Source: Spirochaetia bacterium (GTDB lineage Bacteria > Spirochaetota > Spirochaetia > SZUA-6 > Bin103). Taken from it: a DNA stretch of 64,000 nt. The stretch is taken from contig OZ241863.1 of assembly GCA_965203055.1 (NCBI GenBank), positions 2,688,001-2,752,000 on the forward strand. The letters are read 5' to 3'. Position numbers and translations under genes: made by a program. Positions 20,176-29,508 of the stretch are shown here, piece by piece (position 1 is the stretch's first letter; each line of letters opens with the position of its first letter). The notes beneath the pieces were generated by a model, which made no database searches, was not told where the DNA came from, and saw nothing but the letters and a program-made list of their open reading frames with translations.

Positions 20176-21359
20176 AGCGTAATCGGGTCGCTCTGATGAG
20201 CGCGGTGCGGACCGCGCACGGCGCGTTCGGCGGCGCCCTGAAGGAGTGTTCCGGGCCGTTCCTGGGCTCGGTGGTGATCCGCGAGGCGCTGCGGCGGGCC
20301 GGCAGCGCCGGGGAGCAGGTGGACGAGGTGATCATGGGCAACGTCTACCAGGCCGGCAACGGGCCGAACCCGGCGCGGGTGGCGGCGGTGAAGGCGGCGC
20401 TGCCCTACTCCGTCCCCGCCATGACGGTCAACAAGGTGTGCGGGTCGGGGCTGAAGGCGATCAGCCTGGCGGCCCAGGCCATTGCCCTGGGCGACGCCGA
20501 CGGCATCGTCGCCGGCGGCATGGAGTCGATGAGCGGGGCGCCCTACCTGATCAGCGCCGGCCGCTGGGGAGCGCGCATGGGCCACGGCACGCTGGTGGAC
20601 GTGATGCTGCGCGACGGCCTGTGGGATTGCTTCGTCGACTGCCACATGGGCACCACCGCCGAGACGCTGGCGGCGCGCTATGAGGTGACGCGCGCCGCGC
20701 AGGACCGCTACGCGCTGCGGAGTCAGCGGCGCTATCAGGCGGCGCTGCAGGCGGATCGGTTCCGCGCGGAGATCACGGCGGTGCCGGTGGGCCGCGGCAA
20801 GGCCCCGCCGCGGGAGTTCAGCGCCGACGAGCCGCCGCGCCCGGACAGCAGCCCGGAGGGCCTCGCCGCTCTGCGCCCCGCGTTCGAGCCCAACGGCACG
20901 GTTACCGCGGCGAACGCCGCCAAGTTGAGCGACGGCGCCGCCGCGCTGGTGGTGACGAGCGAGGCGCGGGCCGCGGCGAGCGGGCGCGAGCCGCTGGCCT
21001 GGGTGGGCGGCTACGCCGCCGCCGGAGTGGACCCGGCGATCATGGGCATCGGACCGGCCTTCGCCATCCGCAAGCTGCTCGCGGACACCGGGCTTACCCT
21101 GGCCGACATCGACCTGCTGGAGGTCAACGAGGCGTTCGCCGGGCAGGTGCTGGCGGTGGGGCGCGAGTTGGGGTGGGACGAGTCACGGGTGAACGTCAAC
21201 GGCGGGGCGCTGGCCATGGGCCATCCGTTGGGCGCCAGCGGCGCCCGCATCGCGGTCACCCTGCTCCACGAGATGGGGCGGCGCGCGGCGCGGCGCGGCA
21301 TCGCCGCCCTCTGCATCGGCGGCGGCATGGGGTTTGCGCTGCTGTTGGAGCGCGGCTGA
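20172..21359 (+). CDS. Acetyl-CoA C-acetyltransferase (thiolase)
   Basis: TVNKVCGSG, EVNEAFA, NVNGGALAMGHPLGASG, ALCIGGGMG. Confidence 0.95.
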   Translation: MKRNRVALMSAVRTAHGAFGGALKECSGPFLGSVVIREALRRAGSAGEQVDEVIMGNVYQAGNGPNPARVAAVKAALPYSVPAMTVNKVCGSGLKAISLAAQAIALGDADGIVAGGMESMSGAPYLISAGRWGARMGHGTLVDVMLRDGLWDCFVDCHMGTTAETLAARYEVTRAAQDRYALRSQRRYQAALQADRFRAEITAVPVGRGKAPPREFSADEPPRPDSSPEGLAALRPAFEPNGTVTAANAAKLSDGAAALVVTSEARAAASGREPLAWVGGYAAAGVDPAIMGIGPAFAIRKLLADTGLTLADIDLLEVNEAFAGQVLAVGRELGWDESRVNVNGGALAMGHPLGASGARIAVTLLHEMGRRAARRGIAALCIGGGMGFALLLERG

Positions 21360-22181
21360 GGGCGGCCGGCGCCGCTGGCGCAGCGCCTCGAACAGCAGCG
21401 CGGCGCCCGCCATGGCCACGTTGATCGAATCGGCGCGGCCCAGCAGGGGAATCGATACCGCGGCCGGCGCGGCGCGCAACCAGGCGGCGTCCAGGCCGCA
21501 CTGCTCGTTGCCCAGCACCACCGCGAGCGCGCCGGTAAGGTCATGGTCGGTGTAGCAGCGCGCGGCCGCGGGCGAGGTGACCACGGTGCGCACGCCGCGC
21601 GCGGCCAGCCAGCAGCGGGTGGCCGCGGCCGGGGCCTGCGCCGCCGGCACCGTGAACAGCGTGCCGACGCTGGCGCGCACCACGTTGGGATTGAACAGGT
21701 CGGTGACCGGATCGCAGCAGATCAGTCCGGCGGCGCCCACCGCGTCCGCGGTGCGCAGCAGCGTTCCGAGGTTGCCCGGCTTCTCGAGGGCGGCGGCGAC
21801 CACGTAGAGGGCGTCCGCCGGCGGCGGCGGCAGGTGGTCGAGCGTCCAGGCCGGCAGCGGGGCCACGGCCAGCAGACCGTCCGGGCGGTCGCGGTAGGAG
21901 AGCTTGGCGAACACCGCGGGCGCGGCTTCGATCAGGCGGGCGCCGCAGGCCGCGGCGGCTCGGGCCAGCAGCGCCGGTTCATTGCTGCCCAGGTAGAACG
22001 CCGGACAGTGGTATACCGATTCCAGCGGCAGCCCGGCTTCCACCGCCCGCGACAGTTCACGGTAGCCTTCGATCAGAAACGCCTGCTCGCGGTTGCGCCC
22101 CCGCCGGCGGCGCAACCGCACCGCCCGCTTCACCCCGGCGTTCCGCATGCTGGCGACCGGCTGGGCGACCGGCAGCATCAC
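21183..22181 (-). CDS. TrmH/SpoU family RNA 2'-O-methyltransferase (stop lies 177 nt inside the convergent thiolase gene)
   Basis: FLIEG, EKPGNLGTLLRTADAVG, VLGNEQCGL, IPLLGRADSINVAMA. Confidence 0.9.
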   Translation of the reverse strand: MMLPVAQPVASMRNAGVKRAVRLRRRRGRNREQAFLIEGYRELSRAVEAGLPLESVYHCPAFYLGSNEPALLARAAAACGARLIEAAPAVFAKLSYRDRPDGLLAVAPLPAWTLDHLPPPPADALYVVAAALEKPGNLGTLLRTADAVGAAGLICCDPVTDLFNPNVVRASVGTLFTVPAAQAPAAATRCWLAARGVRTVVTSPAAARCYTDHDLTGALAVVLGNEQCGLDAAWLRAAPAAVSIPLLGRADSINVAMAGAALLFEALRQRRRPPSAALQQQRKPHAAADAEGGDAAPRRAPPHLVEQGDRDAGAAGAQRMAHGQRPAVDVHP

Positions 22182-23119
22182 GGCAGCTCGACGGGAACCA
22201 CCCCCAGGCCGGCGTCGAGCTGCGCCAGGACGTGGCCGGCGTCGTGCTGGAACAACAGCAGCCAGCGGTGCGCGGCAATCAGTTCCAGGTAGCGGCGGCG
22301 GGTCGCCATGGTACGCCGCGGGTCCACGTCCAGGGCGGGCACGTAGTGCGGCTTGAGATGCGCCGCGAACGGAAACAGATCGGCGGTGAACAGCAGCGTG
22401 CGCCCGCCGCCGGTGACGGTCACCACCTGGTGGTGATCGGTGTGCCCCGGCGCGGCGCGCAGCCACAGCCCCGGAATCACCTCCAGCTCGCCGGCCACCG
22501 GGTCGAGCACCCCGGCCGCGGCCAGCGGTTCCCAGGTCTCCGCCCGGTAGCTCGCCTGACTGCGGCGGTCGGGCGCGCGCGCGTAGGCCAGCTCGCCGCG
22601 GTGAACCAGGTAGCGCGCCGCCGGGAAGGTGGGGCGCGCGCCGGGGCCGGCGCCGCGCACCGCGCCGCCGGCGTGGTCGAAGTGCAGGTGGGTCAGCACC
22701 ACGTGGGTCACCGCCTCCGGCGCCACCCCCAGCGCCGCCAGTTCCGCCAGCAGCCGCCAGGGCGGATCGGCAACGCCGTACAGCTCCCGGAACCGGGCGC
22801 CCGCGGCCAGGTCGCCCAGACCGGTGTCGACCAGCACCAGCGCCGGGTTGCCGGCAGCGTCGCGGCCGCGCACCAGCATGCTGCGCGCGGCCACCGCCAC
22901 CCGGTTGCGCTGGTCCGGCGCGGCGCAGCGTTCCCACATCACCCGCGGCACGGTGCCGAACATCATCCCGCCGTCAAGGCGAAAGGTCACGTCGGCGCAC
23001 ACCAGCACCTCCAGCTCGCCGAAGCGCAACGGCGCGCCGCGGCGGCCCGCGCCGCTCGCTGCGGATTGCGGCCCCGGCATTGCCCCGGCTACCGCAGCAC
23101 CGACTTCGCAGAATGCCAC
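22178..23119 (-). CDS. MBL-fold metallo-hydrolase (start uncertain, possibly ATG 23080)
   Basis: FRLDGGMMFGTVP, VDTGLG, THLHFDHAGG, PGHT. Confidence 0.9.
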   Translation of the reverse strand: MAFCEVGAAVAGAMPGPQSAASGAGRRGAPLRFGELEVLVCADVTFRLDGGMMFGTVPRVMWERCAAPDQRNRVAVAARSMLVRGRDAAGNPALVLVDTGLGDLAAGARFRELYGVADPPWRLLAELAALGVAPEAVTHVVLTHLHFDHAGGAVRGAGPGARPTFPAARYLVHRGELAYARAPDRRSQASYRAETWEPLAAAGVLDPVAGELEVIPGLWLRAAPGHTDHHQVVTVTGGGRTLLFTADLFPFAAHLKPHYVPALDVDPRRTMATRRRYLELIAAHRWLLLFQHDAGHVLAQLDAGLGVVPVELP

Positions 23120-23221
23120 CCTGTACCTCCCGTGCGGCGCGCATCGTAGCGCGGATCGGCGCCGCGGTCAGCACCCGCGGCGCCGGCGCGCCCGGACGGG
23201 TTGCGGTAGAATGACGGCGCC

Positions 23222-24169
23222 ATGATGACAGCCCGGATGAGCCGCCGCAGCTTCACCTTTCCGAGCGACTACCTCGGCGAGCTGACCGCCAGCGGCGCCG
23301 ACCTCGAGGCGGCCGACTTGCGGCGGCGGATGGAGCGGGACGGCTACCTGCTGCTGCGCGGCTTCGCCGACCGGCAGGCGGTGCTGGCCGTGCGCCGCGC
23401 CATCGTGGAACGGATTGCCGCCGAGGGCTGGCTGGCGGCCGGCAGCGATCCGCCGGCGGCGCGTATCGATCCGCAGCGCAGCGGCGCGCCGAGCGTGGAC
23501 TCCCGGCTGCCGGCCATCGCCCGCTTCTACGACGAGCAGCCGTTCCTGCCGTTCTTCGACCGCTACTTCGCTGCGCCGGCGATGCGCTATCCGAAGATCC
23601 TGACCCGCATCAAGGCGACCGGCGGGCGCACCGGCATCCACTTCGACAACGTCTATATCGGCCGCGGTTCGGCGCGGGTCCTGAGCTGCTGGCTGCCGTG
23701 GGGCGACGTCGAGGTGGCGCAGGGGCCGCTGGCGATCTGCGCCGGCTCCCACCGGCGGGCGGAATTCGAGCGCTTGCGGCGCACCTACGGGCGCCACGAC
23801 CCGGATCGTGACTTCGTGCGGGGGGCGGACAACGCCCCCGGCCACTTCTCGTTCGACCTGCGGGAGGTGACCGAGCGGTTCGGCGGGCGCTGGCTGACCG
23901 CCAACTTCCGCGCCGGCGACGCGCTGATCTTCGGGCGGTTCACCCTGCACTGCGCCTTGGAGAACACCACCAATCGCTATCGCATCAGCTCCGACAGCCG
24001 CTTTCAGCCGGCCGCGGATACGGTCGACCCGCGCTTCATGAGCGGCCCGGAGCCGGAGCGGCTGCTGCGCCACCGGTATCAGGTGCGCGACGGTGCCGTA
24101 GCCGCGGCGACGATGGCCGAGGCGCGGGCCAGGTGGGGCCTGGAGCGGACGCCGCGCGACCGCACCTGA
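23222..24169 (+). CDS. Phytanoyl-CoA dioxygenase (PhyH) family 2OG-Fe(II) oxygenase
   Basis: DGYLLLRG, HFD, WLPWGD...GPLAICAGSH, GDALIF..TLH, RISSDSR. Confidence 0.88.
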   Translation: MMTARMSRRSFTFPSDYLGELTASGADLEAADLRRRMERDGYLLLRGFADRQAVLAVRRAIVERIAAEGWLAAGSDPPAARIDPQRSGAPSVDSRLPAIARFYDEQPFLPFFDRYFAAPAMRYPKILTRIKATGGRTGIHFDNVYIGRGSARVLSCWLPWGDVEVAQGPLAICAGSHRRAEFERLRRTYGRHDPDRDFVRGADNAPGHFSFDLREVTERFGGRWLTANFRAGDALIFGRFTLHCALENTTNRYRISSDSRFQPAADTVDPRFMSGPEPERLLRHRYQVRDGAVAAATMAEARARWGLERTPRDRT

Positions 24170-24206
24170 TCGGATATTTCCGATATTCTGAGCGCCGAGG
24201 CAACGC

Positions 24207-25214
24207 ATGCAGATCACACCGTTCATCGTGGGCCGCGGCATGTCCGGGCAGGCGATCGCCAAGGCGCTCGCGGTCATCGACCTCATCGATCCCGAGATCA
24301 GCGTCGCACCGCCGGTGCGGCTCGCCCGCGGCCAGCCGCTGGCCGGGCTGGCGGCCGGCCACGACCTGCCGCTGCTCTGCATCGGCAACCCGCACGGCCT
24401 GCACGCCCGCTACGTGCTGGAGGCGCAGCGCGCCGACTTCCGCGCCATCGTCCTCGACAAGCCGCCCTGCGTGAACCGCGCGGAGCTGGCCGAACTGCGC
24501 GCGCTGGCGGACGCGCACGGCGACCGGCTGCAGGTGGCGGTGCTCCACGGCTACCGCCAGATGTGGGGGCCGCAGCGCATGCGGGCGCTGGCGGCGGCCG
24601 GAGAACTGGGCGAGCTGATCGCCATCGAGGGCACCTACTGGCAATCTTCCGCCGCCGAACTCGCGGTGCGGGACCAGCCGCCGGCGGACAAGCCGTGGAA
24701 GAGCGACCCGGCGCTGGGCGGCCCCTACGACTCCTACGTCGACCTGGGCAGTCATTGGGTCGACCTGGTGACGTTCGTGGCCGGGGAACGGCCGCAGGCG
24801 GCGCGGAGCTGGCTCTCCTACGTCAACGCGCCGGCTCCGAACCGCGATACCTACGCGCAGATCTACCTGCAGTTCCCCGGCTGCCGCTCGTTCGGCTCGG
24901 TCGCCAAGGCAGTTCACGGCGCCAATCACCTGCAGCTTGCGGCAATCGGCAGTGAACGCGCGGCGCGCTGGTCGCTCGGCGCGCCGGACCAACTGGAAGT
25001 AGGGCGCGGCGACCGGGTTACCCGCCTGCGCCGCGGCGCGGGCCGCTACGGCTCCCAACAGCCGCCGTTCCACGGCATGGGCTGGATCGAAGGGTACATC
25101 GAGGTGATCCATTGCCTGCTGCAGCGCCTGGCCGGGCGGGACGCGCCGGCGCCGCCCTCGCTGCGCGAGGCGCTCGACGTCATGGACGTGCTGCTGACCG
25201 CGGCCGACCTGTAG
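24207..25214 (+). CDS. Gfo/Idh/MocA family oxidoreductase (divergent)
   Basis: IVGRGMSG, NPHGLH, LDKP, GELGEL, DLGSHWVD. Confidence 0.8.
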   Translation: MQITPFIVGRGMSGQAIAKALAVIDLIDPEISVAPPVRLARGQPLAGLAAGHDLPLLCIGNPHGLHARYVLEAQRADFRAIVLDKPPCVNRAELAELRALADAHGDRLQVAVLHGYRQMWGPQRMRALAAAGELGELIAIEGTYWQSSAAELAVRDQPPADKPWKSDPALGGPYDSYVDLGSHWVDLVTFVAGERPQAARSWLSYVNAPAPNRDTYAQIYLQFPGCRSFGSVAKAVHGANHLQLAAIGSERAARWSLGAPDQLEVGRGDRVTRLRRGAGRYGSQQPPFHGMGWIEGYIEVIHCLLQRLAGRDAPAPPSLREALDVMDVLLTAADL

Positions 25215-25227
25215 CCAGGAGGCGTTG

Positions 25228-26325
25228 ATGGCAGACCCCCGAGACGGTCTCTTCTTCGTGCCGCGCGGCGCGGCGCGCGCGGTGGCGCAGCCCGGCGAGT
25301 TCCCGTTTGCCGCCGCGTTCCTCGATCACGGACACATCTACGGTCAGACCACCGGGTTGCTGCAGGCCGGCGCTACCTTGCGCCGCGTGTTCGACCCCGA
25401 CCCGGCCAAGGTGGCCGCGTTCCGCAAGCAGTTCCCGCAGGCGCAGCCGGCCGCCTCGTTCGCCGCGATCCTCGACGACCCGGCCATCCGGCTGGTCGCC
25501 GCCGCGGCGGTGCCGTCCGAGCGCGCCGCAATCGGCATGCAGGTGCTGGCCGCCGGCAAGGACTACTTCACCGACAAGTCGCCCGTCACCACCCTGCAGC
25601 AGCTTGCCGCGGTGCGCGCCGCGGTGGCCGCCAGCGGGCGCAAGTATCTGGTCTACTACGCCGAACGGCTGCACAACGCCCCCACCTTCTACGCCGGCGA
25701 GCTGATCAGCGGCGGGGCGATCGGGCGGGTGCTGCAGGTGCTGCTCCTGGCGCCGCACAATCTGAATCCGAAGTCACGCCCCGCCTGGTTCTTCGACAAG
25801 GCGCGCTACGGCGGCATCCTCACCGACATCGGCAGCCATCAGTTCGAGCAGTTCCTGTACTACGCCGGCGCCGCCGGCGGGCGCATCAACTACGCCCGCG
25901 CGGCCAATCTGGGGCATCCCGAAACCCCGGGGCTGGAGGACTTCGGCGAAGCCTCCGCGACCCTCGACGGCGGCGCCTCCGCCTACTGCCGCGTGGACTG
26001 GTTCAACCCGGCGGCGTCGCGTACCTGGGGCGACGGCCGCGCCTTCGTGCTCGGCACCGGCGGCTACCTGGAGGTGCGCAAGAACGTGGACGCCGGCAAT
26101 CCCGCCGGCGCGCCGTGCGTGATCCTGGTCAACGACCGCGAGGAGCGGGTGATCACCTTCGATGGCAGCGAACCGTTCCCCTTCTTCGGGCGCATGATCC
26201 TGGACTGCCTGCACCGTACCGAAGAGGCGATGTCCCAGGAACACGCCTTCGCCGCGGCCGAGCTTTCGCTCCGGGCCCAGGCCGCCGCCGACGCCGCCAA
26301 CGCCGGACGCGGCCCTGATGGCTGA
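25228..26325 (+). CDS. Gfo/Idh/MocA family oxidoreductase
   Basis: LDHGHIYG, GKDYFTDKSP, GGILTDIGSHQ, VDWF. Confidence 0.88.
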   Translation: MADPRDGLFFVPRGAARAVAQPGEFPFAAAFLDHGHIYGQTTGLLQAGATLRRVFDPDPAKVAAFRKQFPQAQPAASFAAILDDPAIRLVAAAAVPSERAAIGMQVLAAGKDYFTDKSPVTTLQQLAAVRAAVAASGRKYLVYYAERLHNAPTFYAGELISGGAIGRVLQVLLLAPHNLNPKSRPAWFFDKARYGGILTDIGSHQFEQFLYYAGAAGGRINYARAANLGHPETPGLEDFGEASATLDGGASAYCRVDWFNPAASRTWGDGRAFVLGTGGYLEVRKNVDAGNPAGAPCVILVNDREERVITFDGSEPFPFFGRMILDCLHRTEEAMSQEHAFAAAELSLRAQAAADAANAGRGPDG

Positions 26326-26578
26326 CGGGAACCGCACCCCCGAACAGCTCGCGCGCGACGCCATCGACGCGAAGCTGGAGCAGGCCGGCTGGCGCGACCG
26401 CCCGCTGCGTCAAGCGATCCTGAAGAAGGCTCTTTCCGGTCGGCTGGTGGCGCAGGACCCGAACGACGAGCCCGCAGCGGTCCTCCTGGACCGGATCGGG
26501 GCCGAGCGAAAGCAGGTCGAAAAGCGCAACGCCCGCCGCAGGGCCGGCAAGCGGCCGGAACCGAAGAAAGCCGTATGA
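26318..26578 (+). pseudogene. Chimeric remnant: type I R-M HsdR N-terminus fused to HsdS C-terminus
   Basis: TPEQLARDAIDAKLEQAGW (HsdR start) joined to LRQAILKKALSGRLVAQDPNDEPAAVLLDRI (HsdS end). Confidence 0.8.
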
Positions 26579-28142
26579 CTGCGAAGCTCCCGATCAATCT
26601 TTACGATCTGCTGCGCCAACGTACCATCGAAGGCGAGCGTGTCGAGTACAAGGCCGGCTGGAATCCGCAGAGCGTGCTGCGCACCATCTGCGCGTTCGCC
26701 AACGACTTCCATAACCTCGGCGGCGGCTACGTGGTGCTGGGGGTCGAGGAACGCCACGGGCAACCGCGGTTGCCGCCGGCAGGCATCGCCGCCGGACGAG
26801 TCGAAGCGGTGCAGAACGAGTTGCTGCGTCTGGGGCAATCCGCCATCCAGCCGCCCTACCATCCGCTCACGGGCGTCTACGACGTCGAAGGCCGGACGAT
26901 CCTGGTGTTGTGGGCTCCCGGCGGGGAAACGCGCCCCTACAAGGCCAGAGTCGATCTGACGCGAGGCGGGACGGAGTGGGCCTACTACATTCGCCGGCAC
27001 AGCAGCACGGTGCGCGCGCGCGGCGCCGACGAACGGGAGTTGCTGTCCCTGGCCGCCACCGTGCCGTTCGACGACCGCTATAATCAGTCGTCATCGCCGG
27101 AGGACCTGTCCGATCGGCTGCTCGAGCGGTTTCTGCGGGACGTGGGCAGCGACCTCGCGCGGGAAACGGGGCTTTCGATCGAAGCGCTGGGCCGGCGCCT
27201 GAACATCGTCGGCGGGCCTGCCGAGGCATGCTTTCCGAAGAACGTCGGGTTGCTGTTCTTCAACGAGGCGCCGCACCGCTTCTTTCCCGCCACCCAGATC
27301 GACGTCGTGTGGTTTCCCGACGGCGCCGGCGGCGATCGCTTCGACGAGAAGGAGTTTCGCGGCCCGTTGGCCGTCATCCTGCGCGAGGCCATCGACTTCA
27401 TCGCGCGGAATTATCTCAAGGAGACCGTCGTCAAACATCCCGACCGGGCGGAAGCGGAGCGATTCTGGAATTATCCCATCGCCGCGGTCGAGGAAGCCCT
27501 GGTCAACGCCATCTACCATCGATCGTACGAGGAGCGCGAGCCGGTCGAGGTACGCATCACCCCGCAGGAACTCACGATCCTGAGCTTTCCCGGCGCCGAC
27601 CGTTCGATCCGCATGGCAGATCTGCAGACGGGCGGGCCGTCAGCCGCCGCTACCGCAATCGCCGCATCGGCGAGTTTCTGAAGGAGCTCGACCTGGCCGA
27701 GGGGAGGTCTACGGGGATACCGAGGATCCTGCGCGCGATGCGCGAAAACGGGTCACCGGCCCCGCTCTTCGAAAGCGACGACGACCGTACCTGGTTCCTG
27801 ACCCGTATCCCGGTACACGAACGATCCCACCACCTCGGCCCAACCGAACATGAGACCGAACATGAGACCGAACATGAGACCGAACATGTCGCCAGCGTGG
27901 TGGCCGCCCTGACCGGCGAGATGGGCCGCGCCGAATTGCAGGCCGCCCTGCGAATCACTCACCGCCCCCACTTCATTGCCTCGTATCTCCGCCCCGCCCT
28001 CGAAGCCGGTCTGGTCGAGATGACGCTCCCCGACAAACCGACGAGCCGGAACCAGCGCTATCGGCGCACCGCTGCCGGCGAAGCCCTGGGGCAACAGGCC
28101 AAGGCGCAGCAAGCCGCGGGCCGCACCTCCGAACGCCGATAG
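26575..28142 (+). pseudogene. Schlafen/AlbA_2 + HATPase_c_4 + C-terminal HTH protein (often mislabelled RecG), 1-nt frameshift at about 27633
   Basis: VEYKAGW..ICAFAND..GGYVVLGV; EALVNAIYHRSY; continues in another frame as SRRYRNRRIGEFLKELDLAEGRSTGI and TLPDKPTSRNQRY. Confidence 0.85.
27843..27888 (+). repeat. 12-bp coding tandem repeat (ACCGAACATGAG) x3.8, encoding a TEHE linker
   Basis: Three exact units plus a 10-nt partial unit. Confidence 0.95.
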
Positions 28143-28275
28143 CTTCGTTAGTTAGCTTAGCTTAGCCGCCGCAAGGAGCGACTCCATGTGGGTGGTCGTC
28201 AAGCACCCCGACCGGACGGAAGCAGAGCGATTCTGGAACGCGCGGTGCCTTGGTCGCTTCACAATCAATGCGTCG

Positions 28276-28626
28276 ATGAACACTGCCCCGATCGTCTCCA
28301 GAGTCTGGAGATTCTGCACTACCCTGCGCGATGACGGCGTCAGCTACGGGGACTACCTGGAGCAGCTTACCTTCCTGATCTTCCTCAAGATGGCCGATGA
28401 ATACGGCAAGGCGCCCTACCACCGTGACGTAGGTATTCCGGCCGCGTACGACTGGCCGAGCCTGCGGCGCAAGCGCGGCGCGGCGCTCGAACTTCATTAC
28501 GTCACGCTGCTGCGCGAACTCGGCGCCGGGCAGGGAATGCTCGGCCAGATCTTCGCCAAGGCGCAGAACAAGATTCAGGACCCGGCGAAGCTCTACCGCC
28601 TCATCGACACCGGGGGGGCGAGGTAG
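28276..28626 (+). pseudogene. hsdM: Type I R-M methyltransferase HsdM, N-terminal fragment only
   Basis: IVSRVWRFCTTLRDDGVSYGDYLEQLTFLIFLKM...AQNKIQDPAKLYRLID, then runs into the convergent gene; no catalytic motifs. Confidence 0.88.
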
Positions 28627-29471
28627 CGGGCGGCGAAGCCGTCGACGTTGATGCCCACGCGGCCCGGCAGGTAGCGCTGCGCGACGCGCGCCATACGGTC
28701 GCGGTAGGCCAGGCCGAGGGAGCCGGGCTCCACCGCCGCCATTGCCTGCGGCAGCGTGGTGCGCCGGGTGCGGCCGCCGTCCGCCGAGCCATCGCCCCCG
28801 ATGAAGTGGTCGATCACCACCGCCGACGCGCACTCCGCCACCCGTGCGAAGAAGCGTTCGGGATCGCGGATCGGCAGCAGCGGCGCCACGGTGATCACGG
28901 TTTCGAGGCCGGCGTCGGTCAGGGCGCGGGCCGCCCGGAAGCGCTGCTCCACCGGGCTGGCATGGGGCGGCAGGCCGGGGAACCGCTCGCGGTCGGTCTC
29001 GATGGAAAGATGCACGCGCAGCCGGCAGCGCCGGCTCAGCTCGCGGCACAGATCGAGACAGGCGGTCACCCGGTGGGAATGGGTCTGCAGGATCAACAGG
29101 TCGGGCGGCTCCTCCAGCATGGCGCAGAGCAGCCCGCGGGTCACGCCGTAGCGCGCTTCCTGCGGCAGGAACGGCTCGGTGGAGCTGGACAGGAAGATGC
29201 TGAAGGCGCCGCGCGCCCGTTGCGCCCAGCGCCGCTCGCGCGCCGCGCCGGCGCGGTACGAGGCCGCGGCGTTGGCGCGCACCTCGAGAAACGAGCCCCA
29301 CGGCCGGCCGCGGGTAACGTGGCCGTTGTGGCGCACGTAGCAGCCGACTCCGCACAGCGCGTTGCCGAACGCGCAGCCGCGGTAGGGCTGCAGCGAGTGG
29401 GAGGTCACGGTGCGCAGGAATCCGCTGGTGCGGGTGAGTATGTTGCGGACTTCGGTCACCGTGACGCGCAT
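28593..29471 (-). CDS. Radical SAM protein, spore photoproduct lyase (SplB)-like family
   Basis: SLQPYRGCAFGNALCGVGCYV, FLSSSTEPF.PQE, LSIETD, ITVAPLLP. Confidence 0.8.
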   Translation of the reverse strand: MRVTVTEVRNILTRTSGFLRTVTSHSLQPYRGCAFGNALCGVGCYVRHNGHVTRGRPWGSFLEVRANAAASYRAGAARERRWAQRARGAFSIFLSSSTEPFLPQEARYGVTRGLLCAMLEEPPDLLILQTHSHRVTACLDLCRELSRRCRLRVHLSIETDRERFPGLPPHASPVEQRFRAARALTDAGLETVITVAPLLPIRDPERFFARVAECASAVVIDHFIGGDGSADGGRTRRTTLPQAMAAVEPGSLGLAYRDRMARVAQRYLPGRVGINVDGFAARYLAPPVSMRR

Positions 29472-29508
29472 CGTCGGCGCCCTTAGAATAGGCCGGCCGG
29501 AGGTCGAC

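Noticed and set aside
27843..27888. 12-bp repeat as a phase-variation switch or mini-CRISPR
   Set aside because: Unit length preserves the frame; it encodes a low-complexity linker typical of this protein family.
28148..28165. GTTAG motifs as integron attC/attI sites
   Set aside because: No matching inverse core site or attC-like hairpin, no cassette array and no integrase.
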